From a virus (Duplodnaviria > Caudoviricetes), in the IMG/VR virus record IMGVR_UViG_3300030372_004173, positions 1 to 49,318 of that record: a stretch of DNA of 49,318 bases; one strand, 5' to 3'. The position numbers and the translations under genes were made by a program. Within the stretch, counting starts at the first letter, position 1. Every line of letters starts with the position of its first letter. Below are positions 44,022 to 49,318 of this stretch, piece after piece. Below the pieces are notes generated by a model, which was not told the origin of the DNA, made no database searches, and saw nothing but the letters and a program-made list of their open reading frames with translations.

Positions 44022-44894
44022 ATGTGCAAGCATGAGGACACCAGATCTTGTACGCACCTGCTTAGGCATGGAGCGTTTGACTCGGGTTTTCAGTACGGAT
44101 TCTCTGTACGGGCTTCTACTTGGGGTACAGCAATCCAGGCGATGGGACTGGCTACGCCACGGCTTGTTGCTCTGGGCCAAGGAAACTACCGGCTGAAGAA
44201 GGCGAAACGCATAGCGATGCGCAATCGCATCCTCGGGTTCTGGCCGTTTGCTGAACAGATGCTGTCCAAGAGCTTCTGTGTAGCGCACTCACGCTGGACA
44301 CCCGGACTCCAGGACGCCTTCGGGCTCCAGGATCCGCCCAGTCCTTATGAAATGGCGCACTTCTTTGCAGACAGGGCTCAACAAATGACTGTAAGTAGGA
44401 GGTTCGGGTGCGGAAGAAGCGCACTGGCTTGGTGGTGCATGGGCATTGGAGCGGAGGCCATAGAACCGATCATACCGGGCTGGGAGGAGAAAGCGAGGGA
44501 GTACATCCAAGAGTTAATGAAGATGCCGTCTTTTGCTCTCTGGGCCCTAGGAACGGACATGCGTCCGGTGATCCGCCATAGGAAAGAAGCACTCGCACTG
44601 CTCCAGGACAACAAGAAGTTCAAGACCGAGAGGAACAGGCTGTACAATCATCCTTACATACAAGGACAACTTTTGTCCGGCCACCGCCGTAGGCCGGTTC
44701 CAAGAAGACTTTCCAACCACGCTCCAGTCTGGCAGACTATAGAAGACAGAGAGTCATGGGAGCAAACGCACCGAGATGATTGGAGAATGCGGAAACTCAC
44801 AGCCGTGCGCAAGCTATGCTGGGAGATTGCCAGAACTCCACAAGGCTATACAATGCCCAAGGGCTGGGAACCTAAACAACGAGCCATTTTGTGA
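44022..44894 (+). CDS. Hypothetical basic protein (start uncertain, possibly 44142)
   Basis: 290-aa ORF, GTGA-coupled to the next gene; first gene of the plus-strand arm. Confidence 0.55.
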   Translation: MCKHEDTRSCTHLLRHGAFDSGFQYGFSVRASTWGTAIQAMGLATPRLVALGQGNYRLKKAKRIAMRNRILGFWPFAEQMLSKSFCVAHSRWTPGLQDAFGLQDPPSPYEMAHFFADRAQQMTVSRRFGCGRSALAWWCMGIGAEAIEPIIPGWEEKAREYIQELMKMPSFALWALGTDMRPVIRHRKEALALLQDNKKFKTERNRLYNHPYIQGQLLSGHRRRPVPRRLSNHAPVWQTIEDRESWEQTHRDDWRMRKLTAVRKLCWEIARTPQGYTMPKGWEPKQRAIL

Positions 44895-45403
44895 GCAATT
44901 CTAAGTACGATCCGTTGGCCGATTTTAATGACATCTTCGAATCTTCTACGGGCCCTGAAGAGGGTGCCGAGGGAGAAACGGCGATTGTCGAGGATAAACC
45001 CCCCATTCCACAGGTTCTACCGGATGACGAATCCAGTCCTTCTATGCTCTCTACCCAAGTCCTCCAACAACTTGCGGAGGCCCCCGAAGGTCTACCGGCC
45101 GCGTTCCTCAAACAAGCCGCCCCGCACTTCCACAAAACTCAGTCAATTGTGGACTTTGCGGCCACGGTCTGTGTTGCGGTGGCCGAAGGTAAGCTCAAAA
45201 CGTCCCAGTCTGCTGAACTTCGTAAATGGGCTGAACTCATGTACACCTGCGTCGTTGCGAACGAGCCTCAACAAAACAACGTCCAAGTCAATTACGTGGA
45301 ACAGTTGATCCAGCTTGCAGGCGGCGAAAAAGCAGTTCAACCCGACGTTCTCGACGTTAGAGAAGCAATTACCTCACCCCGCAAGAAAGCCCAAGGAGAA
45401 TAG
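44891..45403 (+). CDS. Hypothetical protein, candidate terminase small subunit
   Basis: 170 aa, helical core and NNVQVNY strand, upstream of the terminase large subunit. Call is positional. Confidence 0.4.
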   Translation: MSNSKYDPLADFNDIFESSTGPEEGAEGETAIVEDKPPIPQVLPDDESSPSMLSTQVLQQLAEAPEGLPAAFLKQAAPHFHKTQSIVDFAATVCVAVAEGKLKTSQSAELRKWAELMYTCVVANEPQQNNVQVNYVEQLIQLAGGEKAVQPDVLDVREAITSPRKKAQGE

Positions 45404-45405
45404 CC

Positions 45406-46026
45406 GTGGCTGACCAATTAGACCTCCCGTTCGACTCACCGTCTTCTGAGCCGACTACACCCGAACTGACGGCTGAACAGCGTCGGCAGCAACAGCGCAT
45501 AGAAGAAAAAGCAGGAGAACTCCGACGAGAGATTTACGAGCAAGAGAGACGCCTCTCGGACCTTAATCCGGACAGCAGAAGCGGAAGACAAGCCAAGGCA
45601 CGAGTCAGTCGCGCAAGAGCAGCACTCCGTGGGTTAGGCCGATTGGCTGCCGTAGCCACAGGCGTTGGTACCCTTATGGAGGGGGCAGCTTATGCCCAGG
45701 ATGTAGCAGAAGAAGGCCCTGTCGGAGGAACGCGTAAATACGTGGGCGAGGGAATAGAAGGCACAGGCGCTCTGGCTTCTGGCATTGAATCACTGACCGA
45801 ACGCGAGAGTGTCGAAGAACAAGCAGGACTTCCTGCCTCGGGCATGACCAGAGCTATGCGGCTCGGTGGTGATGTTGCAGGAGCGTTCGGAAGAGGCATG
45901 GGTGCTGTTGGGCGAGCTATCGCAGGGTCTGATGAAGAGGAAAAACCAATTCGAGGATCTGCCGAAGAGATGAGAAGACAAGTAGCAGCCCGAACGATGG
46001 AACGAGAAAGAGCGAGGAAGGAGTGA
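45406..46026 (+). CDS. Hypothetical protein
   Basis: GTG start after AAGGAG; charged helices plus Gly/Ala-rich amphipathic segments. Confidence 0.6.
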   Translation: MADQLDLPFDSPSSEPTTPELTAEQRRQQQRIEEKAGELRREIYEQERRLSDLNPDSRSGRQAKARVSRARAALRGLGRLAAVATGVGTLMEGAAYAQDVAEEGPVGGTRKYVGEGIEGTGALASGIESLTERESVEEQAGLPASGMTRAMRLGGDVAGAFGRGMGAVGRAIAGSDEEEKPIRGSAEEMRRQVAARTMERERARKE

Positions 46027-47726
46027 GCCAAGCGAACGCAGTACAGCTTCTCAATACTCTACGCTCTCCGGCGCACGCCCTGCCTGCGTTTGGAGAAGTG
46101 CATGATCAGAAGACTGGCCGCTTTCGCAAGTACGACCCTACGGGCATTACCCACCAGCTTCAGCTTGAACTGTTGGATTACTACAGCAATCCCCCACGCT
46201 TAGACACAGGCGAAACTGTCTTCCTGACACTCCTGGGCTATCGACAGGGAGGAAAAAGTACGTCTGCCGAGTTCGCTGCATATTGCAAAGCAGCCTACAA
46301 TCCGGGCTGGGACCACGTCTGTATTGCAGATAACCGTGACCGTGCGGACTACCTACACAAGAGGGTTCACCATCTCCACCAAAGATGGCCTAAACAGCTA
46401 CGCTCAAGAACGCTGCCCACCCGAGAAAGCCGCCAGTTGACGTTCGATCAGCTACAAGGCGGCAAGATGCGTGTCCTGTCTGCCGAATCTGGCGCTGTCG
46501 GTGTCGGTCAGTCGCCTGATTCCTTCCATGCTTCGGAGTGTCACCTGTGGTCTGACTTCCACGGGTCCATGTTTCTCATCAATCCGTCGCTGATCAACAG
46601 GCAGAACGCTCTGGTCGTGTTTGAAGCTACGCCATGGGAGCGCAATTGCGCGTGGCATGACCACTATATGATGGCATCTCAGGGCTCTGGTCGGCACAAA
46701 GCCGTCTTCCTGCCGTTTTGGGATGGCAAACTGAACGCCCGTCCAGTACCCAAGGGCTTCCAACCCACGAATGAAGAGGTTGAACTGCTAAATCGCTATA
46801 GCCACCTGGGCCTTCAGCAAGAAAACCTGGTATTCCGGCGTTTTATCATGGATACGGACCCTGAAATCCGGCGAAATCCGGAAATGTTCGGCGTCATGTA
46901 CCCATTTGACGACGTATCTTGCTGGATCGCGTCTACTAACGCTGCAATTCCGGAACATGCGCTGGAAAAACACCTGAATAAGGAACTTACGGAGTGGTCT
47001 GGGACATATAAAGAGTATGAAGCGCCTGAGCCCAACGCAATCTACGTAATCGGCGTCGATCCTACTGGATATGCCGCACGAGATCATGCTGCTTTCCAAG
47101 TTTTGAAATGTTGGCGCGGAGAATGGACCCAAGTCGCGTGTTTCGCGGACCATGTCGACCCATTGACATTTACTGGGCACCTTTTGCGGGCAGCAAACCG
47201 CTATAACCAAGCCTTGATTGCAGTTGAGTCCAACGGTGTTGGACAAGCTGTTTTATCTCTCCTTGTTGAGCGCGGATACAGCAATCTTTATTATGAAGCC
47301 AAGTTCAAACCGGGGTTCACCTCTACATCGAAGTCTTTGGATGAGGCTACCGGCTGGCTTGTTGATAGTCTCCTTGATGATCTTATTCTGAACGACAAAG
47401 ATACTGTCCAGCAGCTACAAACTTATAAGAACGACAAGCGAATCGAAGAAAGCGCAAGCTCAGAAATTTTGCGTGGGGCTGCGTCGGGTAAAAGAAGAGA
47501 GCGGCATCACTGGGATAAAGTTTCTGCTTTGATCCTCGCAATTGTTGGAGCGAGATATGCTCCTAAACGAACGAAACCAGGCCAAACCCCTGAAATGGAA
47601 AATGTTCTTTTCTTCACTAAGATGGGTTACGATCAACGAGAAAAGTATCTCCAGCAAATAGAGAAAGAAAAAGCCCCCAAAAAACGTCGTCGGCCAACAT
47701 ACCGACGACCTAGTCGGAGACGATGA
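46023..47726 (+). CDS. terL: Terminase large subunit
   Basis: Walker A GYRQGGKST, Walker B FHASE, coupling motif EATP, nuclease IGVDP...D, AVESNGVG, HWDKVSA. Confidence 0.92.
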   Translation: MSQANAVQLLNTLRSPAHALPAFGEVHDQKTGRFRKYDPTGITHQLQLELLDYYSNPPRLDTGETVFLTLLGYRQGGKSTSAEFAAYCKAAYNPGWDHVCIADNRDRADYLHKRVHHLHQRWPKQLRSRTLPTRESRQLTFDQLQGGKMRVLSAESGAVGVGQSPDSFHASECHLWSDFHGSMFLINPSLINRQNALVVFEATPWERNCAWHDHYMMASQGSGRHKAVFLPFWDGKLNARPVPKGFQPTNEEVELLNRYSHLGLQQENLVFRRFIMDTDPEIRRNPEMFGVMYPFDDVSCWIASTNAAIPEHALEKHLNKELTEWSGTYKEYEAPEPNAIYVIGVDPTGYAARDHAAFQVLKCWRGEWTQVACFADHVDPLTFTGHLLRAANRYNQALIAVESNGVGQAVLSLLVERGYSNLYYEAKFKPGFTSTSKSLDEATGWLVDSLLDDLILNDKDTVQQLQTYKNDKRIEESASSEILRGAASGKRRERHHWDKVSALILAIVGARYAPKRTKPGQTPEMENVLFFTKMGYDQREKYLQQIEKEKAPKKRRRPTYRRPSRRR

Positions 47727-48043
47727 TGGCAGACACACCAGCACCCAAACGTGACCCTCGCGAGCCTACGCCAGGAGCGCCCGGACTTTCGAGCGCTGAA
47801 TTTGAGAAGATGATGGAAGAGCTTGAAGCAGGCATTGAAAGGGCCCGATCAACTCGAGCGCCGTTGACTACAGAGTCCGCTCTCGAGCAAGTAAAATCGG
47901 AAGGAATTACAGACAGAAAAGGAGCCCTCCGCCGTGCTGCGTCCAGGCGAGCGATGGAACGCACTAATGAAGAGCGGCGGCGTGAAGCACAGGAACAGAT
48001 TCGACGGAACCAAGCCCCACCGATGCGGAAAAAAAGTGAGTAA
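47723..48043 (+). CDS. Hypothetical charged protein
   Basis: ATGA overlap with terL. Confidence 0.6.
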   Translation: MMADTPAPKRDPREPTPGAPGLSSAEFEKMMEELEAGIERARSTRAPLTTESALEQVKSEGITDRKGALRRAASRRAMERTNEERRREAQEQIRRNQAPPMRKKSE

Positions 48044-48272
48044 TCCTGCTGAAATTTATCGAGACCCGTCTCGAGACTCAGCGCTCCTAGACCTGAGTCC
48101 ACATTTGCGCCTTTCTGTGCCCATGTGGTTGTTTGCAAAGTACGGCCCACTCCACGCAGACTGGGAAGAACTCGACAAAAAGATCAAAGAAGTCTATAGC
48201 CTTCTTTCTCTGGGCTCTCCGGAAGATAAGACTTCATTGGCTGATGCTTTAGGATTAAACAAAGATGGCTGA
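48036..48272 (+). CDS. Hypothetical protein
   Basis: GTG start at 48036 overlapping the previous gene (MSNPAEIYRDP...). Confidence 0.55.
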   Translation: MSNPAEIYRDPSRDSALLDLSPHLRLSVPMWLFAKYGPLHADWEELDKKIKEVYSLLSLGSPEDKTSLADALGLNKDG

Positions 48273-48435
48273 ACCCACCGTAGCAGATCTCGCAAAAAGC
48301 AGTCTTCGTTCCCGTATTGCTCAGATCCTAAGCCAAACGCGAGAAGCTACACAAGAAGCCACAGGAATCCCAACGGCTACGGGAGCAAGTCCGCTTCCAG
48401 CCCCTGTGGTTGAGGAAGAAGAGGAAACTGCGTAA
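48265..48435 (+). CDS. Hypothetical 56-aa protein, not in ORF track
   Basis: MAEPTVADLAKSSLRSRIAQILSQTREA...VVEEEEETA; TAATG-coupled to the portal gene. Confidence 0.55.
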   Translation: MAEPTVADLAKSSLRSRIAQILSQTREATQEATGIPTATGASPLPAPVVEEEEETA

Positions 48436-49318
48436 TGCTTAATAAGAAACAACTCCGGGGTCTGATCGACACCCACAAAGCACGAGCACACTACGAACGA
48501 CGAGAGTTCGATAAGTTCCGCTCTTGGTATACCAGTAGCTGGTGGGGAGATGACAATGATGTTCCACAAGGTGCTGGCGCTGGAATCCCAGTAGAAACAG
48601 ATCTGCACTTTGAGACCAACTACCCGTACGCATTTGTCGATACGATGGTCGCAAACATCTGCCCGTCCAACCCCAAAGTTACAGTCAATCCCAGGCGCGA
48701 AGAGTTCAGCGGTCCTGCGAAATATCGCGAGGCGCTTATTAATGATTTGTTCCACCGAGAGGATGCCCACCGCACTCTTTGGCGTGCCTCTACGATGGCA
48801 AGCATCTACCCCCGTTCTTTTGTCAAAACTGTCTGGAACTTCAACAAAGGCAGTGCAGACTACGTGGTTATCGATCCGCGCTTTGTCTGGTTTGACTTGA
48901 GCGTAGATCGCTTTGAAGACATTCGGTATCTTATTGAAGTTACTGTACTTACACGAGCCGACTTTAACGAGCGGATTAAAAAGATTGACCCCGACACAGG
49001 CGAAGAAATTGGCGAGTACTCGCCCGAGGTTGCCAAGAAAGCTCAATTTGGCGCGTACCCAAGTTGGCTTCGAGACGAGAGTCGTGATCAAACCATGATG
49101 AATGAGGCGACCCGAGATGTCTTTGAGTGGGTCACCGTCTACGAAATCTATGACTTTTCTGGAGAAGGAAGGTTCTTCCACTGTTTGGCAGACTTAGACG
49201 AGCCGTTGTTTGAAGGCCAACTGCCTTATCGTTTTAACCGTAACCCCTTCCACAAAGTAGCGTTCAACGACAACCTCCGTAACAGTGGTGGACTGTCAGA
49301 CGTCAAACTTATCCAAAA
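48435..49318 (+). CDS. Portal protein (3'-truncated), not in ORF track
   Basis: Frame appears open to the window end: MLNKKQLRGLIDTHK...ETNYPYAFVDTMVANICPSNPKVTVNP...FVKTVW...VIDPRFVWFD...VTVYEIYD. P22-like portal pattern downstream of terL. Confidence 0.82.
   Translation, partial: MLNKKQLRGLIDTHKARAHYERREFDKFRSWYTSSWWGDDNDVPQGAGAGIPVETDLHFETNYPYAFVDTMVANICPSNPKVTVNPRREEFSGPAKYREALINDLFHREDAHRTLWRASTMASIYPRSFVKTVWNFNKGSADYVVIDPRFVWFDLSVDRFEDIRYLIEVTVLTRADFNERIKKIDPDTGEEIGEYSPEVAKKAQFGAYPSWLRDESRDQTMMNEATRDVFEWVTVYEIYDFSGEGRFFHCLADLDEPLFEGQLPYRFNRNPFHKVAFNDNLRNSGGLSDVKLIQ

Noticed and set aside
48321-49181. 286-aa minus-strand ORF
   Set aside because: It is the antisense shadow of the plus-strand portal gene, which is missing from the track only because it is truncated.

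Overview
The window covers most of the genome of a tailed dsDNA bacteriophage with a P22-like/podovirus morphogenesis module. It is circularly permuted: it opens in the probable scaffolding gene and ends inside the portal gene. Plus strand 1-24.8 kb: capsid, cement, adaptor, nozzle, three small tail proteins, three ejection proteins, a cluster of small basic proteins, a DUF2589 pair and lysis genes. Minus strand 25-36.9 kb: replication and recombination genes (ABC/SMC-like ATPase, UDG-fused family A DNA polymerase, SSB, Sak4-like ATPase, PD-(D/E)XK nuclease, SNF2-like helicase, primase-helicase). Minus strand 37.3-43.4 kb: early genes including a MoxR-type AAA+ ATPase and a metallopeptidase-VWA protein, downstream of a consensus sigma54 promoter. 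Plus strand 44 kb to the end: packaging genes. I found no integrase, tRNA or CRISPR array. The most notable signal is non-coding. Eight minus-strand genes share an AAGGACA(A/C) ribosome-binding leader, and intergenic stem-loops elsewhere carry sequences complementary to these leaders and to late-gene leaders (one exact 13-nt match). This suggests a phage-encoded anti-RBS small-RNA timing circuit. All family assignments come from motif recognition by eye, not from database searches.
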